Assembly: GCA_963845515.1 (NCBI GenBank)
Contig: CAWJSR010000045.1
Location: forward strand, 94,380-118,379
From: an uncultured delta proteobacterium
Lineage (GTDB): Bacteria; Myxococcota; Myxococcia; Myxococcales; Anaeromyxobacteraceae
DNA length: 24,000 nt
Direction: 5' to 3'
Shown piece after piece: positions 1 through 7,836 of the stretch. Each line of letters starts with the position of its first letter. Position 1 is the stretch's first letter. A program made the position numbers and the translations under genes. Below the pieces are notes generated by a model. That model did no database searches and was not told where the DNA came from. It saw only the letters and a list, made by a program, of their open reading frames with translations.

Positions 1-97
1 CCTTTACTCGCAGTACCTGCTCCCCTTCGAGGCCACCAGCCTCCTGCTGCTGGTCGCCATCGTGGGCTCGGTGGTCGTCGCCAAGGAGAGGATCTGA
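1..97 (+). CDS. nuoJ: NADH-quinone oxidoreductase subunit J, C-terminal end (5' part outside window)
   Basis: The frame from nt 2 reads LYSQYLLPFEATSLLLLVAIVGSVVVAKERI and stops at TGA 95-97. The LPFE..S.LLLVA.VG tail is typical of NuoJ. It ends 2 nt before nuoK. Confidence 0.6.
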   Translation, partial: LYSQYLLPFEATSLLLLVAIVGSVVVAKERI

Positions 98-99
98 CC

Positions 100-402
100 A
101 TGGTCCCGGTCTCCTACTACCTCGCCCTCGCAGCCGCGCTCTTCGCCATCGGCGCCGTCGGCGTGATGATCAAGCGGAACGCGCTGATCGTCATGATGTG
201 CCTCGAGCTCATGATGAACGCGGCCAACCTCACCTTCCTCGCCTTCGCGCGGCAGCATGGGAACGTCGGCGGCCACGCCGTCGCCTTCTTCGTGATCGCC
301 GTCGCGGCCTGCGAGGCGGCCGTCGGCCTCGCCATCGTCATCGCGGTCTTCCGGACGCGCGGGGACGTCGAGCTCGAAGGGGCCAGGGTGCTCCACGAGT
401 AG
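100..402 (+). CDS. nuoK: NADH-quinone oxidoreductase subunit K
   Basis: 100-aa protein with three TM segments. The sequence LALAAALFAIGAVGVMIKRNALIVMMCLELMMNAANLTFLAF...ACEAAVGLAIVIAVFR is the conserved NuoK/ND4L pattern. ATG start. Confidence 0.95.
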   Translation: MVPVSYYLALAAALFAIGAVGVMIKRNALIVMMCLELMMNAANLTFLAFARQHGNVGGHAVAFFVIAVAACEAAVGLAIVIAVFRTRGDVELEGARVLHE

Positions 403-440
403 GAGCCTCCCCAGCGCCACGCCCGCGTCGACGCGGGAGC

Positions 441-474
441 AAAGCGCTCCAGCCTCCCGGCTGGGGCGCTTTTC
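441..474 (+). terminator. Intrinsic terminator after nuoK
   Basis: 12-bp stem (443-454 agcgctccagcc pairs with 459-470 ggctggggcgct, one G-U pair), 4-nt loop tccc, then a TTTT run at 470-473. Two flanking A residues at 441-442. Confidence 0.6.
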
Positions 475-511
475 CACGACGGGGCGCCGGACGAAGCGCT
501 AGATTCGCCGC

Positions 512-1543
512 ATGCTCGCTCGCTGCGCCCGTTGCCAGGGCACCTTCCAGGCCGAACGCTTCGGTGTCCAGACGTGCCCGATCTGCGGCGGGGAGGTGCT
601 CCTGTCCGATCCCAATGCTGCGCAGGGATCCGGTCCCGGCGCCTCGCCGCCGGAGGTCCCGGCGCCGCCACCTGCGCCGCCTGGCCCTCCCTCGTGGAGC
701 GCGCCTCCGGGCGGCGAGCCACCGCCGCCTCCGCCTCCACCTCCGCCCGCCGGGTTCGGTCCTCCCCCCGGCGGCTTCGGTCCGCCGCCTAGCGGGTTCG
801 GCCCCCTCGCGTTAGGGCCCCCCGCGCCGGGCGGGCCGGAGCTGCCGGCCCCGTTCGCCGACCGGTCCAGGCTCGGCTTCTTCCGCGCGTTCTTCGAGAC
901 CTGGAAGAAGACGGCGATCGAGCCGAACGACTTCTTTCGCCGCGTTCGGATCGACCAGACCGGCTCGGCCATCCTCTTCGGCGTCATCGCCTCGACCCTG
1001 GGCGGATGGGCGCAGGCCTTCTGGGCTTCGCTGACCGCGGTCAGCACCCGTGCGCAGATGCAGGAGCTGGCCGGGAGGATCCCGCCGGAGTGGGCGGGGC
1101 TGGCGAAGGCCTTCGGCGAGTACTCCCAGCACGCGACCAGCACGGCGACGCTCGTGGCCCAGGCGGTCTTCGCGCCGCTCGGCGCGGTCGTCGGGATCTT
1201 CGTGAGCGCGGCCATCATCCACGGGCTCCTGCTGCTCGTCCGTGGCGCGACGCGCGGCTTCGACGCGACGCTCACGGTCGTCGGCTACGCCATGGGGATA
1301 AGCCTGCTGCAGCTCATCCCGGAGTGCGGCGCGCTGGTCGCCCCCTTCTGGATCGCCGTGGTGCTGATCATCGGCCTCTCCGAGGTGCACCGGTGTGGCG
1401 TGGGCAAGGGGGCGGCCGCCGTGCTCCTGCCCCTCGTCCTGCTCTGCGCTTGCCTCTGCGTCGTCGTCGCCATGGCCGTCGGCGCGGCGGGGATCGGCGC
1501 TGGGTTGGGGGCCGTCACCGGCACCGGGGCCGCGAGCTTCTAG
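512..1543 (+). CDS. Membrane protein: N-terminal C4 zinc ribbon, proline-rich linker, Yip1-domain-like polytopic C-terminus
   Basis: N-terminus has CxxC-N14-CxxC (CARCQGTFQAERFGVQTCPICGG). A 10xPro run and GFGPPP repeats follow. Then FFRAFFETWKKTAIEPNDFFRRV plus about 5 hydrophobic helices resemble the Yip1 family (PF04893-like). High GC3 throughout. Confidence 0.7.
   Translation: MLARCARCQGTFQAERFGVQTCPICGGEVLLSDPNAAQGSGPGASPPEVPAPPPAPPGPPSWSAPPGGEPPPPPPPPPPAGFGPPPGGFGPPPSGFGPLALGPPAPGGPELPAPFADRSRLGFFRAFFETWKKTAIEPNDFFRRVRIDQTGSAILFGVIASTLGGWAQAFWASLTAVSTRAQMQELAGRIPPEWAGLAKAFGEYSQHATSTATLVAQAVFAPLGAVVGIFVSAAIIHGLLLLVRGATRGFDATLTVVGYAMGISLLQLIPECGALVAPFWIAVVLIIGLSEVHRCGVGKGAAAVLLPLVLLCACLCVVVAMAVGAAGIGAGLGAVTGTGAASF
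719..805 (+). repeat. Low-complexity coding repeat: 10 consecutive Pro codons, then about 2.7 copies of a 21-nt unit encoding GFGPPP(G/S)
   Basis: Codons 719-748 are all CCN. Nt 752-772, 773-793 and 794-805 repeat GG(G/C)TTCGG(T/C)CC... Confidence 0.8.
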
Positions 1544-1565
1544 TGGACCTGCCGGGGCCCAGAGC

Positions 1566-1967
1566 GTGATCGCGTGGCGCAGGGTGGCACGGTTCGGCGT
1601 GCCGGAGGTCTTCGCCCTCATCGGGCTCCTCTCGTTCGTCGTCGCGCGCTTCCTGCCGGTCCTGGCCGTCCCGTACACCTGCCCGATGAAGGGGATCTTC
1701 GGGATCCCCTGCGCCACCTGCGGGATGACCCACGCGTTCGTCGCCCTGTCCCGGGGCGAGGTGGGCGCAGCCGTGGCCGCGAGCCCGCTGGGGGCGCTGC
1801 TCGCGGCGGCGGCGTGGCTCTACGCTGCGGTCGACCTCGGCCGGGCCGCGCTCGGCCTGCCCTTCCCAGTGCTCGACCTCAGGCTCCAGCGGGCCGCAGT
1901 CGCGGCGGCGGTCGCCGCGCTCGCCCTCAACTGGGCGTGGCTCCTCTCCACCGGATCCCCCACATGA
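1566..1967 (+). CDS. DUF2752-like membrane protein
   Basis: YTCPMKGIFGIPCATCGMTHAF matches the CP.k..tG.PCP.CG.TR signature of DUF2752, followed by hydrophobic helices. GTG 1566 is the first start after the upstream gene ends, so the exact start is uncertain. The stop overlaps the plsY ATG (ATGA). Confidence 0.6.
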   Translation: MIAWRRVARFGVPEVFALIGLLSFVVARFLPVLAVPYTCPMKGIFGIPCATCGMTHAFVALSRGEVGAAVAASPLGALLAAAAWLYAAVDLGRAALGLPFPVLDLRLQRAAVAAAVAALALNWAWLLSTGSPT

Positions 1968-2569
1968 ACGACTCGATCTTCGGCGCGCTGCTCGTCGTCG
2001 CCGGCTACCTCTGCGGCTCAATCCCGTTCGGCGTCATCCTCACGCGGCTCTTCGTCGGCGTCGACGTGCGGCAGGTGGGCTCCGGCAACATCGGCGCCAC
2101 CAACGTCGCGCGGGTCGGCGGCAGGAAGGTCGCCATCCCCGTCTTCATCCTCGACGTGGCGAAGGCGGTGATCCCGATCCTCGTCGCGCGCCGGCTGCTC
2201 GCGGGGACGCCGAACGGCGAGCTCTGGACGACGCTGGTCGCCGTCGCCGCCCTGAGCGGTCACGTCTTCCCGGTCTGGCTGGGGTTCAACGGGGGCAAGG
2301 GCGTCGCCACCGGCCTCGGCGTCTTCTTCGTGCTCGAGCCGTGGGCGGCGATCGCCGGCTTCTCGGTCTGGATCGGCGTCTACCTGACGATCAAGGTCTC
2401 CTCGCTCGGCTCGCTGGGCGGGACCGCCGTCTGCGCCATCACCGTCTTCATCCTCAGGGGCGCGCACAGCCCCATCTCCTGGGCCGGGCTGGCGATCGCC
2501 GCGATCATCTTCTACCGCCACAAGGAGAACATCCGGCGGCTCGTCACCGGGGAGGAGAAGAAGGTCTGA
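1964..2569 (+). CDS. plsY: Glycerol-3-phosphate acyltransferase PlsY
   Basis: MNDSIFGALLVVAGYLCGSIPFGVILTRL...QVGSGNIGATNVARVGG...GHVFPVWLGFNGGKGVATGLG carries the canonical PlsY motifs. About 201 aa. Confidence 0.92.
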   Translation: MNDSIFGALLVVAGYLCGSIPFGVILTRLFVGVDVRQVGSGNIGATNVARVGGRKVAIPVFILDVAKAVIPILVARRLLAGTPNGELWTTLVAVAALSGHVFPVWLGFNGGKGVATGLGVFFVLEPWAAIAGFSVWIGVYLTIKVSSLGSLGGTAVCAITVFILRGAHSPISWAGLAIAAIIFYRHKENIRRLVTGEEKKV

Positions 2570-3033
2570 GGCGCCCGAGCCTCGCCCTGGGCCTCGTGCT
2601 CGCGCTCGCCTCTTCCGGCTGCGAACGGGAGCGGAGCCGCTACGCCACGCTCGCGGAGGCGCGGCAGGCCGGGGCGGTGGAGCGGGGCTGGATTCCGGCC
2701 TGGGTGCCGCAGGGCGCGACCGAGCTCGAGGAGGCGCACGATCCCGAGACGGGGCGGCAGCGGCTCAAGTTCAGGGCGCCGTCGGCGGAGCTCGCGGCGC
2801 TCGGAGGCGCGCTCCCGCGGCTCCACGTCTCGCGGATCTGTCCGTCGCGCGGCGCGCCGGCGATCGAGGGGAGCTGGCCCGAGGCGGTGGAGGAGGGCTC
2901 CGCCGCCTGGAAGCTCCGCTACCTGAGCGCGACCTCGCCGGAGGGTCGCTCGCTGGCCGTCGCGATCGAGGGGACCAGCTCGACCGTCTACGCCTGGAGC
3001 TGTGCGGGGCCGGCGGGCTCCAGGTCGCCGTAG
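2566..3033 (+). CDS. Hypothetical lipoprotein (lipobox LASSGC); start codon unresolved, possibly CTG 2566
   Basis: The in-frame sequence (L)RRPSLALGLVLALASSGCERE is a textbook lipoprotein signal peptide. The open frame has high GC3 to TAG 3031-3033. No ATG, GTG or TTG lies upstream of the signal peptide. GGAGGAG at 2551-2557 would serve as SD for CTG 2566. Confidence 0.5.
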   Translation: MRRPSLALGLVLALASSGCERERSRYATLAEARQAGAVERGWIPAWVPQGATELEEAHDPETGRQRLKFRAPSAELAALGGALPRLHVSRICPSRGAPAIEGSWPEAVEEGSAAWKLRYLSATSPEGRSLAVAIEGTSSTVYAWSCAGPAGSRSP

Positions 3034-3049
3034 GACGCCCGGCGCGGCC

Positions 3050-5830
3050 CTAGACGTTCGGGATCGGCGACGCCTCGCCCGGCGTCGCGCCGCGCATCAG
3101 CACCTGGCGCGGCTTCACGCCGTTCGCCGGGCCGACGAGCCCCTCGCGCTCCATGCGCTCGACGATCTTGGCCGCCTTGTTGTAGCCGAGCCGCATCTCG
3201 CGCTGGAGCTTCGAGACCGAGACCTCGTCCATCCGCGCGACGAGCTCGATCGCCTGGTCGTAGACCGGGTCCTCGTCGTCCTCGTACCGGCCGCCGTCGG
3301 CGCCCTGGTCGCGCGCCTTGAGGATCGACTCGTCGTAGACGGGCCGCCCCTGCTCCTTGAGGAACCCTACGACGCGGTGCAGCTCCTCCTCGGAGACGAA
3401 GGCGCCCTGCACGCGGGTGAGCGCGGCGGTGGCGGTCAGGAGCAGCATGTCGCCGTTCCCGAGGAGCGCCTCCGCGCCCGGGCCGTTGATGATGGTCTGC
3501 GAGTCATGGCGGCTCCCCAGCCGGAACGAGATGCGGGCGGGGAAGTTGTTCTTGATGGTGCCGGTGACGACGTCGGTGGACGGGCGCTGCGTCGCGACGA
3601 TGAGGTGGATGCCGGTGGCGCGGGCCTTCGCGGCGAGCCGGGCGAGCGAGGTCTCCACCTCGCGCGGCGCGGTGATCATGAGGTCGGCGAGCTCGTCGAT
3701 CACGACCACGATGTAGGGCAGCTTCTGCGGGAGCTTCTTCTCGTCCCGCGCGGCGACGGGATCGGCCGGCGGCGGCGCCGTGGGATCCTCGAACTCCGGC
3801 GTGGCGGTCACGGGCTCCGGCGCCGGCTCGGCGGCGGCCCTGGCGACCGCCTCCTCCTCGGACTCGCCGGCGGCGACGTCGACGATCACGAGCTTCTTCG
3901 GGGGGAGCGCGTCGTCGCGCTCGGCGAAGGTCTTCCCCTCGGCGCGCAGCTTCTCCGCCTTCTGGTTGTAGCTCTTGAGGTCCTTCGACCCGGTGTCGGC
4001 GAGGATCTGGGTGCGCCGCTCCATCTCGTCCACGGCCCACTGCAGCGCGCGCGCGGCCTTCTGCGGGTCGGTCACGACCGGCAGGAGGAGGTGGGGGATG
4101 TGCTCGTAGGGGGAGAGCTCGGTCATCTTCGGGTCGACCATGATCATCCGCACCTCGGCCGGCGTCTGCCGGTAGAGCATGCTGAGGATCATCGTGTTGA
4201 GCCCGACCGACTTCCCGGAGCCGGTGGTGCCCGCGATCAGGAGGTGCGGCATCTTCTGGAGATCGACGCAGTACGGGACCCCTTCGATGTCCTTCCCGAG
4301 GCCGAGCGGCAGGAAGCCGCTGGCCTGGCCGAAGGACTCCGACTCCAGGATGTCCCGCAGGAAGACGGTCCCGCGGTCCTTGTTGGGCACCTCGATGCCG
4401 ACCACGCCCTTGCCCGGGATCGGCGCGATGATCCGGATGCGCGTGGTCGACAGGGCCATGGTCAGCTCCTTGTCGAGGTTCTCGATCTTGGCGAGCTTCA
4501 CGCCGGCGACCGGCGAGAACTCGTAGAGCGTGACGACGGGGCCCGGCCGGATGTGTCCGATCCGGCCGTCGACGCCGTGCTGCTTGAGCGTCGCGACGAT
4601 CACCTCGGCGGTCCGGGTGAGGCCGTTCTCGTCTACGGCCTTCGCCTTCTCCTCGTGGGCGTCGAGCAGGTCGATCGACGGGAGCTGGAAGACGTCGCCC
4701 GCCTTCGTGAACGTGAAGGAGGGGGCCTCCTTCTTGCCGTCCTTCTTCCGCTTGCCCCGCTCCAGCATGGCCTGGCTGACGACGATCTCGGGCTTCGCGA
4801 GCGAGAGCGGCGGGACGATCATCGGCGAGGCGAGCGGCTCGGCGGCCGCCGAGGCGTTGGGCTGGGCCAACGCGCCGTCCACCTCGGGCTTCGGCTCCTC
4901 CTTCGCCTTGCGGCGTCGCCTCGGCGTCTCCAGCACGACCTCGGGCTCCTCGTCGACGTCGACGAAGGCGCTGGCGGCGAGCGCGCCGACCCAGGCCGGC
5001 TCGTCGAAGGTCCGGCGCACCTGCTCGAGCGCGAGCGCTCCCGCGACCGCGCGCCCCTCCTCGCAGTCCTCCTCGCTCTGCCCCTCGACCACGGCCGAGG
5101 CTGCGAGCTCCTCCGCCTGCCGGACGCGCTCGGCCGCCTCCTCCGCGCGGAGCTCGGCGATCGCCACCCGGTGCTCGTCGACCGCGCCGCGCAGCTGGTC
5201 GTGGGCGAAGCCGCCGAGGGAACGGGCGCTGCCGGCGAAGGCGGCCGCCACGCGCTGGATCTTGAGATCGGTGGCCACGATGAGCGCGACCGTCGTCGTC
5301 GTGCCCAGGGCGAGGACGGAGCCCCAGAAGCCGAGGAGCCGCTCTGCGCTCGTGCCCAGCGAGGCCCCCACGGCGCCGCCGACGGGGAAGCTCGGCGTGA
5401 CGTGGCCCGTGAGGAGGAGCTGGCAGAGCGTCGCGAGCGAGAAGGTCAGCGCCGCGTACGCGGCGGCCGAGAGGATCGTCACCCGGCGCGGCTCGTCCCT
5501 GAAGAGCTTCCAGGCCGCGACCCCCATGCCGATCGGGAGGACGATGGCCGCGAAGCCCAGGACGCCGAAGACGCCGCCGGCCACCCAATGGCCGATCCGG
5601 CCGACGAGGTTGGCCGGCGAGAGGCCGCGCGCGATGAGCGCGCCGTCGAGCGAGGTGAAGGTCGTGAGGGCCAGGAAGAGACCGACCGCGATCGCCAGCA
5701 GCGCGACCGCGTAGATGTCCCGCTTCATCCCGGTGGGGGCGCTCTCGCGCGACCGGTTGGGGGGCGGCTTCTCGCCCCGCCCCGCCCGCTGCCGCTCCGA
5801 AAGTCGCCGATTCCCCTTGGGCTTGCCCAT
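3050..5830 (-). CDS. ftsK: DNA translocase FtsK/SpoIIIE
   Basis: N-terminal TM helices, an acidic/Ala-rich linker, Walker A LLIAGTTGSGKSVGLN, Walker B LPYIVVVIDELADLM, ATQRPS, and a C-terminal gamma winged helix (SVSKLQREMRLGYNKAAKIVERME). Start is taken at ATG 5830 (MGKPKGNRR..., with GAGGTG upstream). ATG 5728 (MKRDIY) is an alternative. Confidence 0.9.
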   Translation of the reverse strand: MGKPKGNRRLSERQRAGRGEKPPPNRSRESAPTGMKRDIYAVALLAIAVGLFLALTTFTSLDGALIARGLSPANLVGRIGHWVAGGVFGVLGFAAIVLPIGMGVAAWKLFRDEPRRVTILSAAAYAALTFSLATLCQLLLTGHVTPSFPVGGAVGASLGTSAERLLGFWGSVLALGTTTTVALIVATDLKIQRVAAAFAGSARSLGGFAHDQLRGAVDEHRVAIAELRAEEAAERVRQAEELAASAVVEGQSEEDCEEGRAVAGALALEQVRRTFDEPAWVGALAASAFVDVDEEPEVVLETPRRRRKAKEEPKPEVDGALAQPNASAAAEPLASPMIVPPLSLAKPEIVVSQAMLERGKRKKDGKKEAPSFTFTKAGDVFQLPSIDLLDAHEEKAKAVDENGLTRTAEVIVATLKQHGVDGRIGHIRPGPVVTLYEFSPVAGVKLAKIENLDKELTMALSTTRIRIIAPIPGKGVVGIEVPNKDRGTVFLRDILESESFGQASGFLPLGLGKDIEGVPYCVDLQKMPHLLIAGTTGSGKSVGLNTMILSMLYRQTPAEVRMIMVDPKMTELSPYEHIPHLLLPVVTDPQKAARALQWAVDEMERRTQILADTGSKDLKSYNQKAEKLRAEGKTFAERDDALPPKKLVIVDVAAGESEEEAVARAAAEPAPEPVTATPEFEDPTAPPPADPVAARDEKKLPQKLPYIVVVIDELADLMITAPREVETSLARLAAKARATGIHLIVATQRPSTDVVTGTIKNNFPARISFRLGSRHDSQTIINGPGAEALLGNGDMLLLTATAALTRVQGAFVSEEELHRVVGFLKEQGRPVYDESILKARDQGADGGRYEDDEDPVYDQAIELVARMDEVSVSKLQREMRLGYNKAAKIVERMEREGLVGPANGVKPRQVLMRGATPGEASPIPNV

Positions 5831-5892
5831 GGCGCTGCACACCTCGTTCCCGAATCGCCCCCGCCCCAACGGACGGGAGCCCCCGACATCCG

Positions 5893-5920
5893 AAAATATC
5901 GGTGGGTAGCGGGTGGTCAA
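5893..5920 (-). promoter_or_regulatory. Candidate sigma70-type promoter for ftsK
   Basis: On the minus strand: TTGACC (5920-5915), 16-nt spacer, TATTTT (5898-5893). It lies in the AT-richer divergent intergenic region and would give a leader of about 55 nt. Confidence 0.3.
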
Positions 5921-5985
5921 TTTTTCGGCGGTGCCTGGGGAGCTGGCATAGTATCGCGGAGATAGAGGGGTTTTTCGGATCCTGC

Positions 5986-7491
5986 ATGGACGTCCGCTGC
6001 GAGCGATGCCGGGCACAGTATGTGTTCGATGACGATCAGGTCACCCCCGGTGGCCTGACGGTCCAATGCACCAACTGTGGACACGTCTTCAGAGTGAAGG
6101 TGAAGGGGCTGGTCGTCACGGTCCCGGTGAAGCCCGGCGAGCTGGACGGCGTGCCGGTGCCCGCAGACTCCGCCTCCCTCAGGCCGGGCGGAGCCCCGCC
6201 CGCAGCGGCCCCGCCCGCACCGGCCGCGGAGCCGTCGGCGACGCCCGGCCCGCAGGCCACCCCGGTGCCGAGCCCGGCGGGTCCACCCCCGAAGGAGTGG
6301 CGCGTCCGCCAGTCGAACGGGAACGTCTTCACGTTCAAGGAGTTGACGACGCTCCAGAAGTGGATCGTCGAGCAGAAGGTCGCGCGCGACGACGAGATCT
6401 CGCTGTCGGGCGACCAGTGGAAGCGGCTGGGAAACATCGCGGAGCTCGCCAGCTTCTTCCAGGTCGTCGAGGCGGCCGAGAGCGCCAGGGCGCACCCGGC
6501 GATGCCCGCCGTCACGCCGATCCCGATGCCGAACGTCTCGGTCTACCCCGTGATGCAGGCGCCGCCGGGTTATCCACCGGGCTACCCCTCGGCCTACCCG
6601 CAGTCGTCCTATCCACCGCCGCCGCCGTCCTTCGCCGTTCCCCCGCCGCCAGCGGTCACCCCGCCAGCGCGCCCGCTCCCCGCGCCCACGCAGGCCGCGC
6701 CCGTGCCGGCGGCCGCGCCGGCGCGCAGGTCGGTGGGCAGCTCCATGGACTCGAAGCTCGACGAGGCCGACCTCTCCGCGGTGAAGCGCGGGAGGGGATG
6801 GGTGGTCCTCCTGACCCTGCTCGTGCTGGCGGCGGGCGGGGCCGGCGCCCTCTACGTCTGGAGGCCCGCGCTGCTCGGCCTCGCGCCTGGGTCAGCCCCG
6901 GAGACCCACGAGGTCCCGATCACCTTCGAGCTGAAGCCGTCCGTCGCCGCCCCGCCCGCGGGAGATCCCGTCAGCGGTGCCGCCGAGGGCGAGCCGCCCG
7001 CCGACGCAGCGCCCCCCCCTCTGGACTCCACGCCGATGCCGGCGCCGGTCCAGGTCGGAGAGGCACCGCTGCCGGTGGCGCCCGAGCTGGTCGTGAAGCC
7101 CGAGCCGAGCAAGCCTCCAGTGGCACCCTCGAGGGGTCCCAAGCAGCTCCTGGCCGACGCCCAGCGGCTGCGGGAGCGGGGGTCGATCGACAAGGCGCTC
7201 GACCTCTACGATCGGGTCATCCAGGCGCAGCCGGGCAACGCTCGCGCGCTCGCGGGGCGCGGTTTGTGCTATCTGGATTTGCAGCAGTATGCCCCCGCCG
7301 AGCAGAGCTTCCGGGCGGCCCTCCGGGCCGATCCAGAGGAGGAGGATGCGCTCCTCGGGCTCGCGGAGGCCGCCCGGTACCAGGGCAAGCGGCCGGAGGC
7401 CATCCAGCATTACGAGAGGTACCTCGCCCTCCACCCGGACGGCGAGGACGCCGTGGCGGCCAGGAACGCCATCCAACAGCTCAAGGAGTGA
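5986..7491 (+). CDS. MJ0042-type zinc-ribbon / GYF_2-like / single-TM / TPR-repeat protein
   Basis: MDVRCERCRAQYVFDDDQVTPGGLTVQCTNCGHVFRV is the MJ0042-family finger. WRVRQSNGNVFTFKELTTLQKWIVEQKV...GDQWKRLGNIAEL resembles GYF_2/DUF4339. Also present: Pro-rich segments, TM WVVLLTLLVLAAGGAGALYVW, and C-terminal TPR-like repeats (ALDLYDRVIQAQPGNARALAGRGLCYLDLQQYAPAEQSFRAAL...). Confidence 0.75.
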   Translation: MDVRCERCRAQYVFDDDQVTPGGLTVQCTNCGHVFRVKVKGLVVTVPVKPGELDGVPVPADSASLRPGGAPPAAAPPAPAAEPSATPGPQATPVPSPAGPPPKEWRVRQSNGNVFTFKELTTLQKWIVEQKVARDDEISLSGDQWKRLGNIAELASFFQVVEAAESARAHPAMPAVTPIPMPNVSVYPVMQAPPGYPPGYPSAYPQSSYPPPPPSFAVPPPPAVTPPARPLPAPTQAAPVPAAAPARRSVGSSMDSKLDEADLSAVKRGRGWVVLLTLLVLAAGGAGALYVWRPALLGLAPGSAPETHEVPITFELKPSVAAPPAGDPVSGAAEGEPPADAAPPPLDSTPMPAPVQVGEAPLPVAPELVVKPEPSKPPVAPSRGPKQLLADAQRLRERGSIDKALDLYDRVIQAQPGNARALAGRGLCYLDLQQYAPAEQSFRAALRADPEEEDALLGLAEAARYQGKRPEAIQHYERYLALHPDGEDAVAARNAIQQLKE

Positions 7492-7493
7492 AA

Positions 7494-7832
7494 ATGTCGG
7501 ACCGCGGAGCCCCCAACAAGCCGTCCCAGACCGAGGATGAGTACTTCGTTCGCGAGGACGCAGAGAAGAAGCGCCGGATCGCCATCCAGGTGAAGCGCGA
7601 GACCAAGGACAGCGAGCTCAAGGCGCTGAAGGACCTGCACTTCATGCACTGCCCCAAGTGCGGGCTCGGCATGCAGGAGGTGAAGTACAAGGGCGTCGAC
7701 GTCGACGTCTGCTTCGCGTGCGGTGGCGTCTTCCTCGACAGGGGCGAGCTGGAGCACATCGCGCAGAAGGACGAGACGAAGGGCGTGATGAGCGCCATCC
7801 TCAACTGGCTCAACCCCGAGGCGAAGCCTTAG
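7494..7832 (+). CDS. TFIIB-type zinc-ribbon domain protein (zf-TFIIB, PF13453-like)
   Basis: CPKCGLGMQEVKYKGVDVDVCFACGGVFLDRGELEHI is the characteristic motif. AAGGAG at 7483-7488 precedes ATG 7494. 112 aa. Confidence 0.75.
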   Translation: MSDRGAPNKPSQTEDEYFVREDAEKKRRIAIQVKRETKDSELKALKDLHFMHCPKCGLGMQEVKYKGVDVDVCFACGGVFLDRGELEHIAQKDETKGVMSAILNWLNPEAKP

Positions 7833-7836
7833 CTCG

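Noticed and set aside
5890-5902. CCGA-N5-TCGG palindrome at the ftsK promoter as a LexA/SOS box (ftsK is SOS-regulated in E. coli)
   Set aside because: It does not resemble any LexA box consensus I can recall (E. coli, Geobacter or Myxococcus types), and it is too short to be significant.
5944-5958. Sigma54-like TGGCAT-N-TCGC upstream of the zinc-ribbon/TPR gene
   Set aside because: The GG-to-GC spacing is one base short of the TGGCAC-N5-TTGC consensus and the -12 element is poor.
3002-5965. 987-aa ORF on the plus strand, antisense to ftsK
   Set aside because: Its composition is dominated by R/G/D/E/L/H/A with no motifs, which is typical of a stop-free antisense frame in very GC-rich DNA. 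The opposite strand encodes an unmistakable FtsK.
6066-7493. Upstream 1.4 kb of the 588-aa ORF 6066-7832
   Set aside because: This part is an alternative frame of the zinc-ribbon/TPR gene (an Arg/Gly/Ala-rich translation). Only the last 339 nt, from ATG 7494 with its AAGGAG SD, look like a real gene.
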